Program-made: the position numbers and the translations under genes | The notes under the pieces: generated by a model | What the model saw: the letters and a program-made list of their open reading frames with translations, nothing else | Database searches by the model: none | Told to the model about the DNA's origin: nothing | From: Azolla caroliniana | Taxonomy: Eukaryota; Plantae; Polypodiophyta | NCBI GenBank assembly: GCA_043228905.1 | Contig: JBHGNT010000011.1 | Span: 7,068,001 to 7,132,000 of the forward strand | DNA: 64,000 nucleotides | Reading direction: 5' to 3' | Part shown: positions 23,747-37,128 of the stretch, piece by piece | Layout: every line of letters begins with the position of its first letter | Position numbering within the stretch: the first letter of the stretch is position 1

Positions 23747-25600
23747 TTCACACTCTTCCTCGATCTCAGCCGAAGGCATTAACGAGATCTTTCTGTCTTT
23801 TTTATCCACATACTCCATGTTTGTACTGAACCTTTGAATTATTTCCTGACTTGTGCCTACCCGCAAGCCGAAACAATGGAGATGGTTGGCCATTGGATAT
23901 GATAATCCACTATTGCCTTCGCCAAGTGAAGATTATCGCAAATATGATAATACTTCCTGATCTTCCGTAGTGAGTGCACAGGTTTCCGTGGGGTCTTAAG
24001 GATCCTGCTGAACGTAAAGAAGAGCTGTTGAATATTTAACGACAGGCCATACAGCTAGTTGTTCCTCGAAGGAACGTCTACGGTTCTTCCCCCTTCCCTG
24101 TGCGCTTCTCTGACTAGGATGAAGCTAGAGTTGGTTGCTAGAGTTCCCGCCCTAACGGGAACCCGGCCTTTGGCCCTCTCTCTTCGGTCTCGTGGTTCTA
24201 TCCTCTCCCTTCCAGAGTTTCCCTTTGAAACTGTAGGCACTTCCTCGCCTCGCCTCCCTCGTCCTAGGGTAATTCGGCCGCGAAAAGACGCCAGGTTGGT
24301 TTCCAGGAGAAGGGAGCAAGAGAGCTGTCTGGTAAATTTATCCAGGTCTTCGGGCACCTTCCGCAAAACTCTCGCCAACAGGGTCACAACTCTCTTCCTG
24401 AGAGCCGCCACGAGCAACTTCTCATGGATCTCAGCCATATAGTGAGCCATGCTTCTCACTCTCAGACGCCACTCACATTATTTCGAGGAGATTCGAGGCC
24501 AATTCTTGATCAAGGGCACCTTAATACGCATACCCAAAAAGATAGCTTTTGAAAAAGCAATATGCTTTGCTCTAGTCGCCATGCTTACCTCTAACCGTAG
24601 CTGATTCCACAAGAATTTGGTAATTCTGTCCCAAATCCCTCTCACCAAATTCGCGTAACCAGCAATTCCTGGCAATGAGTCATTCGCGTAACGCACTTAT
24701 TTCACCTGAATGGATTTATGGTCTTTGAACGGGGACATGCCCGCCTTTCTAGCCGCCCTCCTGGCCATAACTGCGATTAATATTCCTGGAAGGAAGGGAG
24801 TTTCATAATATGCTAATTGGCTTCGAAGAGAGGATATGCTCTATTCCTTCTGCGGAGCTTACAGGTCTTGGTAGTGCCATATTGTCTAACCAATGAATCA
24901 ATGAACATAGAGGGGGCAAAATGATACTACTCCCCTACAGTACTCCTTCATTTAGGTTAGGCCTTCCTCGCTCACCCTCCATTAGACTTGCCTCAGAAAG
25001 ATAGTCTAACAGAAGCATGAATCCAAGATCTTCTATCCTTCGTTCAATGGAAGACATAGGGATCTTCTTATCAATGGAACCGTAACCATTCTCGATGTTG
25101 AGCTCTAACAACCAAGAGATGCCTGTGCACTTTTTCGTTATGAACTCCAATCCCATATGGCACCCTCTGTTCCGCCCGAACCCATGCGAGTAATCTAGAA
25201 AGGTACTACTTTTTTTATACATGCCTTTTGGAGCTATTCAAACAGCTTCCTACACGACCCTGTCCCTCGGTGAAGTTATGCATTGCGGCCTTCCAGCAGT
25301 TTTATCAGGCTCTGATATCATGACACGTCGAGCGGGTTATACTCCCTCGAAACTGTCATCCCGAATAGCTTAGCAAGTCTCATTAACCCATCAATTCTCT
25401 ACCTTTCAGTGAAAGCTTCTGCTTTCCTTAATACCCTCCATACGACTAGTATCTACCATACGATATTAGACATGGGGTTTGCAAAATATCCCGGAGCCTT
25501 CAGGAAATCCCCAAAAGCTCTGGCGAAGATTGTTATTTTCCCGTGCTCTAGCTATTTTGTTCCCTAGACCGTTAACTGTACATATAAATACGATGGTGTA
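23747..25600 (-). pseudogene. Group II intron maturase (matR-like) pseudogene of mitochondrial origin
   Basis: RT-domain remnants SHGFGRNRGCH, WLLELNIENGYGSID and RYAND (degenerate YADD). Domain X-like YYHICDNLHLAKAIVDYHIQW at about 23890-23955. Many stops and frameshifts. Confidence 0.78.
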
Positions 25601-28600
25601 GCCACATCTTGAGGATGGTAGAGGGCCGCTACTTCCTACCACGACAAGAACCTAGCATACCATGATCCCGGTAGCCGCGCCCATGCATCTCCCCGTGCAT
25701 GCCCCACCGCCAAAGGGGAAGCCTGTAGCGGGACTCGTTGACTTACGCTCTGGCTAGCGCCACACCAACTTCGGTCTTCACGCCGCCCTTACTGTCCTTC
25801 AAGCGGATGGAGTTAGGTTTACCGTTTACCCACCATGGAGCTTAGGGCCAACGGGTTGTAACATGCTCTTCGCGCGTGATGGCCACCTCAACGCTGCCTT
25901 TCCCTAGAACTGCACCTTCAAAACAAATACTACCTGAAAAAGAAGAAATGAGCTCTTTCATGCGTTCCATTCCTATGTGTTCGTGAGATTTATTTCTTTT
26001 CTTGTATTTATAGCTTTTTGTTGTTTTGTAAAAGAAAAGCACTCGGTCTCGCCTTTTTGCTAGTCTCATTTGCTCGGCCAATTCCCTTCCCTTTCATTTC
26101 AATCATTTTCAGCAATGCCAGAAAGCAGAAGAGAAATGGCTAGAGCGAGCTTTGAAAAGTGTAATTCGGTGGGTGATAATGGCTAAGGCGAGCATTGCTA
26201 TGGGCGAGCAATGTTGCTTGCAAGGTCTCTAGGTTTTTGCCGCCCGCATCCCGGAACTTCTTTGTGATTTCCCCGCAAGCAAACTCAGGATTTGTTTCCT
26301 AGCATTTGATCCGTCCTTGGAATTTCTTTATGTAGAACAAAGAATTCATGCCCCCAACCACTTGCCAGTCTTGCTTTAACAACTAGGTTTAGTTCGCCGA
26401 AATGATTGATGTCTTGAAGGAATGTTGCCCGAGGGAAGGGAGTTGGCTCGCTCCCCATGCTCACGATAAAGAAAATCAGATAGGCTTCAGGAAGGCCAAA
26501 AAAGCAGCACGTAATAACATCGGAATTTTGAAAGTATACACTTAAGATAGATCTAGAACAAGACCCAAATCCCACCATAAGTGGCAAACCCCATTACTCA
26601 TGTAATAAGACAAAGCTAGGAAAGCAAAATTGACTAAGCCCGGAACAAACCAATAAGAGTAGTTTACAATAAAGAAAGCACATTAGTAACAATTCTCGAA
26701 AGTGAGACTGAGATGAACAACCTTCAAGGGAAAGATACCAACAAACAACACAGTGGCTAGGAAATCCCCGGGAATTCTATAGAAGATAGGGAAGGTCAAA
26801 GTAAGTTATGGCTTATGAATGGTAATATGAAATAGTAACGGTCAATCAATTTACATTCTGTTGGCTTTGATTCGAGGGGCGAGAATGCCCTAGCATCCAT
26901 TAGAGGGACTTGCGTTGGCTTTCTTTGCCAACACGAGGTCTGTTCTTGATATTTATAACAGTTTGTTAGGGGCTCATAGTGTCGTTCAAGTCCATCCATT
27001 TCACCGCTTCTTCTTGGGCACTACTAGTTGGTGGTCCTAGACGAAGTTATTGTGGTCGAGTGCCGCTATGTGGTACGCCTGCGGCTCTTGGCTCCGTCAC
27101 AAGCAGCGCATATGTTCCGTAAGGCGGCGTTGTTCGGCCACGATCTGATCCCCATTCTAGTTTTCTTCATGGATCTAGCACTTGCTAGGCCTGTATTGGA
27201 TCTGGTACTCAATTCCTTGAGAGTGGCTTTACTACGTTCGGTCGTAGTGTGTTCACAATTCGTACAAACGGAACGTTTGGCATCGATTGCTTCTACAAGA
27301 TCACCGGGCCTCTGCCACCCAATCTCGTATGCAATGTGTTGGGTCTATCCACTCAAGTGGAGCCCATGACATGGAGTTGACTCAGAGCCAACTACCAACT
27401 CTATGTTGAATCGACTGGGTGTTGATTCAGGCTGAGCGTTGATTCGGCTGGACGCCGAATCGACTTAGAGCTAAAGAAAGGAAAAAGTTATATGTTTATT
27501 AATATATATATATATATATATGTACGTTTTTATTTGTCCTTTTTTCTTCTTGTGTGCGTGTGTGTGTTTTGGTATGTTTATGTGTGAATGCAGATACGAA
27601 AAGAAGAGACGTTACTACAAAAAGGTTGATAAAAAGAAGGCATAGACAGAAAAACGAACAGTGTGAAAAACTGAGAGAAAGATAGAGAAAACAGAGCGAG
27701 TTACAAAGAAAAACTGCACATGAGTGAACAGAACTAAGGCTAGAAAAACAGAGATTCGAGAAGAAGAGGTGTGTGAGAAAAACACATCAAAGCTTCTGCA
27801 AGAAAACAGAAACAAGTGTGAGAGCTCGAGAATAGGGTGATCGAGAGCGAGAACTCGTTGCAAGTGTAAAGACGGAGATCTAGCGAGGTGCTGTCTGGAC
27901 TACCCAAAAGAGTCACAGCAACTCTTCTGTCCACTTGTAACAGGTTTATTTGTTCTGTGTTTTTTGGTTTTCTTTCTGTTGTTTATCCTATCTGGTAGGG
28001 TGAATATTGTATCAAAGGCCGTAGCCTTGAAATATATGTGGATATCTCTAGAGTAAGCTCTAGAGACTGGCAACACCTTGTATACTTAGAAAATAGTGAA
28101 TTTGTTTCGAAACCTAAGGTTCTCGTGGTTTTTCCCAATTTTGGGTTTTCCACATTAAAGCTCAGTGTACTCTCTCATTTCGTCTTGTGGTTTCATCTAT
28201 TGTTTAACAAGTGTGTTTGAAATTTTAATCATCTTGATTCCCAGCAAGTGGTATCAGAGTGAGGTTCATACCTCCGCAAAGACTTGGAATATGGGAACCA
28301 ACTACTGCATTTGGAAGTCCAAAATGAGGTACATGTTAGTATGTAAGGACATGTGGTTGCCCGTACTACATGGTACGAGCAAACCCGAGAACATAGATAC
28401 ATTAACCTAGGATGCCATGCATCGAAAGACATTTGCATACATCCGATGTTTTATAGACATGAGTCTATATAACAATTTCTGTGATGAAACCAAAGCACAC
28501 GAGTTATGGAGAAAAATCGAGAGTATGTTTCAGACCAAAAATGCTTTGAATAGAGTCTCCGTGTTTAGGAAACTTGTAAGACTCAGGTATCAAGGTGGCT

Positions 28601-29484
28601 CTAGTATGGCAGAGCATCTTAATACGTTTCAAGGACTTATAAGTCAAATTGTCTCTCTAGATATACCTATAGCAAATGAGGTGTTGATCTTGTTATTGTT
28701 AGGCTCTCTCCCAGATAGTTGGGAAACCCTTGTTGTGATGCTTGGGACTGCAATGCAACAAAAGGACCTAACATTGGACATGCTTAAGTCGAATCTTCTA
28801 CACAAAGAAGCACGACGAAAGGAGCAGGAGTCCAACTTTGACCATAAAGCCTTAGTCATAGAAAACAACTCCTCTAGAGGAAGAAACCATGCTAGGGGTC
28901 CACAAAATCATAGAAATAATTCTAAGGGGAGGTCAAAGTCTAGAAGTAGAAAAAACTTCAAGAAAGATTTTTCATGTCGTTATTGTGGTGGTCCAAACCA
29001 TTTTGAGAGAGATTGTTGGAAGAAAAAGAAAGACCAAAAGAAAGGAACCACCGATAATAAGAGCAATGAACTCACTACAACCACTTGTGATGGCGACATT
29101 GTCATTGCTTGTGATGATGCGTGTGTTAGCTTAGCATGCCAACAAACTGATTGGATTATTGACTCGGGAACTTCGTATCACATTACTCTATACAGAGAGA
29201 TGTTCTCGTCATATGCCGGTGGTGACTTTGGCAAAGTCAAAATGGTTAACCACGGCATAATAGAGGTTGTTGGCATAGGAAATATAATTCTAGCCACAAA
29301 CACGGGTTGAAAACTAGTATTAAATGATGTTAGGCATGTACCAGACATTCGGCTGAATATTATTTCAGCCGGTAAGCTTGATGATGAAGGTTACACAAAT
29401 TGCTTTGGTGAATGAAAATGGAAGCTCATCAAAGGCTCGCTAGTATTAGCAAGATGCCTAAAAGAGAATTCCCTCTATGTAATG

Positions 29485-32400
29485 TGTTGAGAGACAAGCT
29501 CAACATCGGCCGGATCGGCTGAAGAAGACGAGGACCGGATCGGTTGGAACCGATCGGTTAGGCCGAATGCGTAAACCGGTACGCAGACCGGTGCGTAGGT
29601 AGGGCCGGATCGGTGCGTAAACCGGGAGGCCGTTAGGAAAGATATTCCGTGAGGAATATATTTGGGAGTTAGTGTAGGAGCTCTCAATGAGCATTGAAGT
29701 ACTGTCAGTACTTCGGTCAGTCCTTCTAGGACTTGTATAAAAGTGTTCATTGAACACACATATGTATAGAGTCGAGAATAGAGGTTGAATATAGTTCTTG
29801 TGTTTTCTCTCACTCTCTCTCTGTCTCTCCCGCGTATACTGCGTAAGCTCAAGCTCTCCATTAAACCTGAGTTTTCCTCCTTCTGTTCGGTCTTCATACT
29901 TGCTTCCACACGTTATTTTTACATGGTATCAGAGCGCGAGGGTTGAGAACCTCTCTGCAACTGACACAGCTTGACGAAGAAGAACAAGAAGAACGATGGA
30001 TAGAGGCATGGCGAGCTCGCTTCCAACAGAGAAGCTCGACAGAACCAACTACGTGTCTTGGTCCTACAAGATGCACCAGTACCTACTCGGGCACGGCTAC
30101 TGGAGTTATGTCGAAGGAGCTAATGACACGGCACCCGAATCGACACACAGAGACTTCCCGTCGTGGGAGTAATCGGCGAGTAGGGTATTCTGCAACTGAC
30201 ACAGCTTGACGAAGAAGAACAAGAAGAACGATGGATAGAGGAATGGCGAGCTCGCTTCCAACAGAGAAGCTCGACAGAACCAACTACGTGTCTTGGTCCT
30301 ACAAGATGCACCAGTACCTACTCGGGCACGGCTACTGGAGTTATGTCGAAGGAGCTAATGACACGGCACCCGAATCGACACACAGAGACTTCCCGTCGTG
30401 GGAGCAATCGGCGAGTAGGGTATTATACTGCTTCGCATCGTGTGTGGGCGAACAACTATTGAGCTATGTTCAGGATGCAAAGACGGCGAAGGGTGCGTGG
30501 GAAAATCTGAAGAAGATTTTCGCCGCGAGCACCACAGCCAGGAAGCTTCAGCTCTGACAGGAGTTGAGCAACCTACGACAACGCGACTTGTCGGTGGCGG
30601 ACTATACCTCGAAGATCAAGGATATCTGCGACTCCCTCGCCTCCATAGAGGTGAACATCGAGGAGAGCGAGATGGTCCATATCTGTCTCGGAGGTTTGGC
30701 GTCGAAGTTCGGTGCGTTCCGAATGGTTGTGTACCCGGGAAAATACACCGTCCTTTTTCAACTTACAGTCAATGCTCTTGGTAGAGGAGAACCACACGGG
30801 TGCGTCTACAAACATGCACACCGATAGTAGAATGTTGTACACGGAGGGAGATAGGCCCCGTGGACGTGGAGGACGAGGCAAGCTGACGCGCAATGGAGGC
30901 GGCCGACGAGATCAGGGAAGAAGGCATCGAAGTGATGCCGACAGCAACTCTGGACCCTCCGGAAACAGGGGGAGTCGAAGCGATGAGAACCGGCAAGGGA
31001 AGGCCATCACGGAGTGCTGGTACTGTGGCAAGGAAGGCCATAGGGAAAGTGAGTGCTGGAAGAAGCGTGCCGATTCGGAGAGGACCGGTTCCGGAAACGG
31101 CTCCGGACATACCAACAAGGGAAATTCGGTAGCGATCGCACTACGCCGAAGACTCCGGGAGAGCCGGAGAAGGGTCTACCTTCGTGATGAGACACAAAGC
31201 AAACTCAATGAAACGGACCACCCCGAGATCGGACGAGGTGTGGTACGTAGACTCCGGCGCGTCAAACCACATGACGAGCCATAAAGAGTGGTTCTCGTAC
31301 CTTGAAAAACCGATACAACCTGGAGTAGTCACAACTGGAGACGACACTCCGCATCCGATTGCGAATGTCGGAGAAGTTCCCCTTAGCCATGTCGGGTAGA
31401 AAGGGAAACTAATGAACGTGCTGCACGTTCCGACAATCACGAAGAACTTGGTCTCGATCGGACAGATCGTCGACCAAGGGATGGAGGTTCGGTTTACACA
31501 CCTCGGGTGCTTCATTGAGGAAGAAGGTCGTGTGATTGCACAAGGGCGCAGAGACGGGAGGATGTTCATCCTTGACTCCACTGACGGCGGCACCGCAATG
31601 TTTGCGAAGGGACAAAAATCGGAGTCGGACATCGACTTGTGGCACAAGAGGATTGGCCACATCAACTACCAACGGCTTCAAGATCTGCAATCAAAACAGG
31701 TAGTGTTCGGATTGCCCAAATTTAGTGGCCAAAAGGCACAAATTTGTGAAGCCTGCCAGCTCGGGAAGAAACACCGACTTCCCTTCCCCAACGAGCGAAA
31801 CCGGAGCCGGAACAAGGTCGACCTTATACACTCTGATGTATGGGGGCTGGCACAAAACGTTAGTCTTGGCGGGAGCCGATATTTCGTCTCCTTCATCGAC
31901 GACCACACGCGGCACACATGGATCTACCTCATTGAGAGGAAGAGCAAAGTCTTTGACTGCTTTCGGGAACTCAAAGGGTTCGTGGAAACGGAAACGGGAC
32001 GAAAGATCAAGTGCCTGCGGTCGGATCGTGGAAAGAGTACTTCTCCGATCAATTCAATGGTTATCTACAACAAATGGGAATTCGGCGCGAATTCAGTTGT
32101 AGATACACGCCGGAGCAGAATGGCGTGGCCGAGAGGAAGAATCGGTCAGTTGTGGAAGCGGCACGGGCAATGCTGGACGAGAAGCGCTTACCCAAGTTCT
32201 ACTGGGCCGAGGCGGTAAGGACCGCGGTATACATCCAGAACCGGATCGGAGACAAAGTGTCGGTGCACGAGCTATATTTCGGAACGAAGCCGAACTTGCG
32301 ACACTTGAGGGTGTTCGGTAGCATTGCGTATGTGCATATACCGAAGGAGAAAAGGAGGAAGCTAGATGCAAAGGCCGAGAAATGCATCTTGGTCGGTTAC

Positions 32401-35400
32401 TCGGACGAGCAGAAGGGTTATAACTGCTATAACCCTCGCACCAAACAAGCGCGTGTTAGCCGCGACATTGTGTTTGGCGAGTCCGCGTCCTGGTACCAGC
32501 CCCCGACTCCGAACCCCGACTCCAATCCAAGCTCTGACGATGAGGTCAGCGAGGCCGAGATGCCTCCGGATGAGCCCGAAATCGAGACCCGCGAAGAGGG
32601 TCCGATTTAACTCCGTTTAAGTGGACCGAGTGGACCGATTGGACGACTGAGTCGGTACGACCAGTTCGATGAAGAGCCGGCGAGTAGTGGAAACTCGGTC
32701 GTGCATTCCCCGCGCAGGAAGCCGAGGAGACGGCTTACGCACAAAGAGAAAGGGAAGAAGAAGGTGTCGGATTCCGGCACGGATAAGAACGAGTTAGACT
32801 GACGCGAGTCCGATTCCGAGGGAACCGGTGACGGGTCTTTAAAAGTGAAGTCCGCGTTGATCGAGAAGGCCTCGACATCGGCTAATGTGAGATTACGCCG
32901 ATCTACCCGCCAGAAGAATCCTATTTTGCGGTTCGGACACGAGTACATGGCGCATCATTATGCGTACATGACCTGTGTAGCGGAAGTGCGTGAGCCGGAG
33001 AGCTACGCAGAAGCGGCTAAAGACACGAATTGGCGTGCCGCGATGGAGGAAGAGATGCACACATTGGCAGAGAACGAGACTTGGGACCTGGTTGACGCAC
33101 CAAAAGGGGTTAAACCAATCGGGTGTAGGTGGGTGTACAAGGTCAAGTACAACACCGATGGCTCGGTCAACCGGTACAAGGCTCGGCTAGTGGCAAAGGG
33201 CTACGCACAGAAACACGGCATCGACTACGATGAGACGTTTGTGCCGGTCGCGAAAATGACGACCGTCCGTGTTTTGCTCGCAGTAGCTGCGGTGAATGGG
33301 TGGCACTTACATCAGATGGATGTAAAGAATGTGTTCTTGCAAGGTGACCTTCAGGAACAGGTGTACATGGTACAGCCTCCCGGATTTCACTCCGGAACAA
33401 ACTCCTCGGCAATATGCCGACTGAAGAAGTCCCTTTACGGACTGAAGCAAGCCCCGCGTGCCTGGAACGCGAAGATCACGCAACGACTGCGTCGGATGGG
33501 CTTCGTCACGTCAAAATCGGACTCTTCCCTGTTCATCCGGAAAGGTCGACTCGGACCGGTTAGTATTTTACTATATGTTGATGACTTGGTCATCACCGGC
33601 GCCGACCTCGGTGAAATCGACCACGTGAAGCTCCAGCTTGCGGCATCGTTCGACATGAAGGATCTGGGGGACCTTCATTATTTCCTCGGGATCGAAGTGA
33701 TCCGCACCCCCGAAGGCATATTGATCAGCCAACGTCATTACGTGCTGAGTATGCTCTTCAAATTCGGGATGGCCGACTGTAAGTCCGTCTCGACTCCCCT
33801 GGACAGAACCGTCAAGGTTCGTCCCGATACGGGAAAGGTATGCGACCCGACGAGGTTCCGACAAATTGTCGGAAGCCTCATATACTTGACCATCACCCGA
33901 CCCGACCTCAGTTATCCGGTCGGAGTGATCAATCAGTTCATGGTGCGACCTACCAAGGAGCACCTTAAGTGTGCGCAACGCATACTTCGGTATGTCAATG
34001 GCACTAAGTACCGGGGACTGCTATATCGAACCGGTGCAGCCGCGCAGTTAGTCGGCTACACCGACGTTGATTGGGCTGGCAACGCCGTTGATCGCCGATC
34101 CACGTCCGGATACGCATTCTCTCTCGGGAGTGTCGCGATCGCGTGGAGCAGTAAGAAGCAGCTGATAGTTGCACTGTCGAGCACCGAAGCTGAGTACCGA
34201 GGAGCGGTTGTCGCGACATGCGAAGCCATATGGTTGAAACGGCTACTTAAGGACCTGCAAGAGGAGGTGTCAGATCCGACGACGATCTACTGCGACAACC
34301 TCAGCAGCATCCAGCTCACGAAAAACCATGTTTTCCACGCATGGACCAAGCACATGGAGGTGCACTACCATTTCATCCGTGAGCGTGTCCTTTCCGGTGA
34401 AGTCGAACTTCAGTACGTTCTGACGGATAGACAGACTGCCGACATCTTCACAAAGCCTCTTGGTCTGGACAAGTTGCAGCAATTCTTAGGTGCGCTCGGA
34501 TTCCATCACCTCGACGTGCCAAACTTGAGGGGGAGAACAATCCCGAAAAACTGAGCAAGGCAGCAGGAAAGGAGCAGAGACCGCGACACCAAGTCGGTTG
34601 TCGAGTTCGACTTCGGATCGGCTGAAGAAGCCGAGGGCAGACCCGCAGAAAAGTCCGGAAGCGGACAGAAGGGGAGCAGCTGAAGCCAACCATGCATGGG
34701 GAAGATGACGCCATCGAGGGCGAGAAGACCGAAGACGAGTTGGAGACAGCCAACTCGGACGAGAGCGAAAACCGATCGGAGGTAGCCGAGTCAGTTCGGA
34801 TGTTTGATTCAGATACGCTGAATCAACCGAGGCCCAAGCGGAAGAAAAGGCAGCAAGAGAAGCGTCAACACCGCAACAGCAGAAGAGCTGATAAGGGCCA
34901 TGTGAGCAGACAAGCCGACTGGAAGGGTCGAAGCGCGCGGAGTCGAACAGGTCGAGGAGCGCGAGCGAGGCGTGAAGCTAGGAGGAACCAGAGCTGTGAG
35001 CCCGAAGATCCATAAGAGCCTCAAGTTGAGCTTGAGGGGGAGTGTTGAGAGACAAGCTCAACATCGGCCGGATCGGCTGAAGAAGCCGAGGACCGGATCG
35101 GTTGGGATCGATCGGTTAGGCCGAATGCGTAAACCGGTACGCAGACCGGTGCGTAGGTAGGGCCGGATCGGTGCGTAAACCGGGAGGCCGTTAGGAAAGA
35201 TATTCCGTGAGGAATATATTTGGGAGTTAGTGTAGGAGCTCTCAATGAGCATTGAAGTACTGTCAGTACTTCGGTCAGTCCTTCTAGGACTTGTATAAAA
35301 GTGTTCATTGAACACACATATGTATAGAGTCGAGAATAGAGGTTGAATATAGTTCTTGTGTTTTCTCTCACTCTCTCTCTGTCTCTCCCGCGTATACTGC

Positions 35401-35481
35401 GTAAGCTCAAGCTCTCCATTAAACCTGAGTTTTCCTCCTTCTGTTCGGTCTTCATACTTGCTTCCGCACGTTATTTTTACA
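29485..35481 (+). mobile_element. Ty1/copia element F, full length, decayed
   Basis: 439-bp LTRs at 29485-29923 and 35043-35481 with about 4 differences seen by eye. Met PBS 29924-29935. CWYCGKEGHRESEC, INT, RT-RNase H ORF 32845-34554. Confidence 0.94.
29954..30423 (+). repeat. 235-bp tandem duplication of the leader and gag start of F
   Basis: TCTGCAACTGACACAGC...AGTAGGGTAT occurs at 29954 and again at 30189. Confidence 0.92.
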
Positions 35482-37128
35482 TGGTATCAGAGCGCGAGGG
35501 TTGAGAACCTCTCTGCAACTGACACGGCTTGACGAAGAAGAACAAGAAGAACGATAAGGAAGTCCCTATTGAATTGTGGCACAAGAGACTTGGGCACATG
35601 AGTCAAAAAGGACTCAAGGTGCCAGCTAGAAAGAACATCTTACCTGAGATAAGAGGTATGCACTTAGAAACTTGTGTTGATTGCTTGGCTGACAAACAAC
35701 ACAGAGTTGCCTTTCAGCACCTGCCCCCAAAAGAAAATTTCAGGCATTGGAATTGGTGCACACGGACTTGTGCTATATGAAAGATAGAACTCTTGGGGGG
35801 AGCATTGTACTTTGCCACGTTTATCGATGACCTCTCAAGGAAGTTGTGGTGTTTTGCATTAAAGACTAAAGATCAAGTTTTTGAAATCTTTAGGAACTTT
35901 CATGTAAGTGTCGAAAGAGAAATAGGAAGAAAGCTTAAATGTATCAGTTCCGATAACAACGGTGAATATCAGGGACGATTGGAGGAATATTGTCCTGAGC
36001 ATGGTATTAGACTAGAGAGGTGTCCTGAAAACACCTCAGCACAATGGCGTAGCTGAGAGGATGAATAGGACAATTTGTGAGCGGATAAGATGCATGCTAT
36101 CCCACTCAAAATTACCGAGATCTTTTTGGGGTGAAGCAATGAGGACTGTCGTTGACCTCATAAACCTGTCCCCATCAATCCCTTTGGATGGTGATGTACC
36201 CGAGAGGGTTTGGACAGGTAAGAAGGTGTCATACAAACACTCAAGAGTGTTTGGTTGCAAGGCTTATGTCCACATCCCAAAAGATGAAAGATCCAAGCTT
36301 GATGACAAATGCAAACCATGCATATTTTTGGGATATGACCATGAGGAATTCGGCTATAGACTTTATGACCTAGCAGAGAAGAAAGTCATTAGAAGCAGGG
36401 ATGTGGTATTCCTTGAGGATCTGACCTTACAAGATCCGGAGCCGAATGACATGCCGGATCTCACCCCTGATTTTTCAATCACCAAACACCCAATGCCTGC
36501 CCTAGACACACAAGGTCATGGGGGAGATACCGAGGAGTATGATGATACGGCTGATGATGCAACCGACGATGATGATGGGCAGAATCATGACCATCATATT
36601 CTAGGTGACATTTCAGCAGCTCCTCCGAAAGAGGAAGAGGTTAGAAGGTCTATGAGACAAAGAAGACCTTCTACTAGATACAACCCACATGAATATGTGA
36701 TGCTTTCATATGGAGGAGAGCCAGAAAGCTTTAGAGAAGCTATGGCAAATGATCATAAGGAGGAATGGCTTGACGCCATGAATGATGAGATGAAGTCTTT
36801 GCAAGACAATCACACTTATGATCTTGTAAAGCTGCCTAAGGGCAAGAGAGTGCTGAAAAACAAATGGGTTTACAGGCTCAAGACTGCGGAACATTGCTCA
36901 CAACCAAGATACAAGGCAAGATTTGTTGTGAAGGGGTTCAACTAGAAAAAGGGAATTGATTTCAAGGAGATTTTCTCACCAGTGGTGAAGATGTGCTCAA
37001 TCAGAGTTGTACTTGAGATCACAGCCAGTCTCGATCTAGAAATTGACCAACTCGATGTAAAAACCGCCTTCCTCCATGGCGATTTGGAAGAAGAGATTTA
37101 CATGGATCAACCCGAAGGGTTTGGAGTC

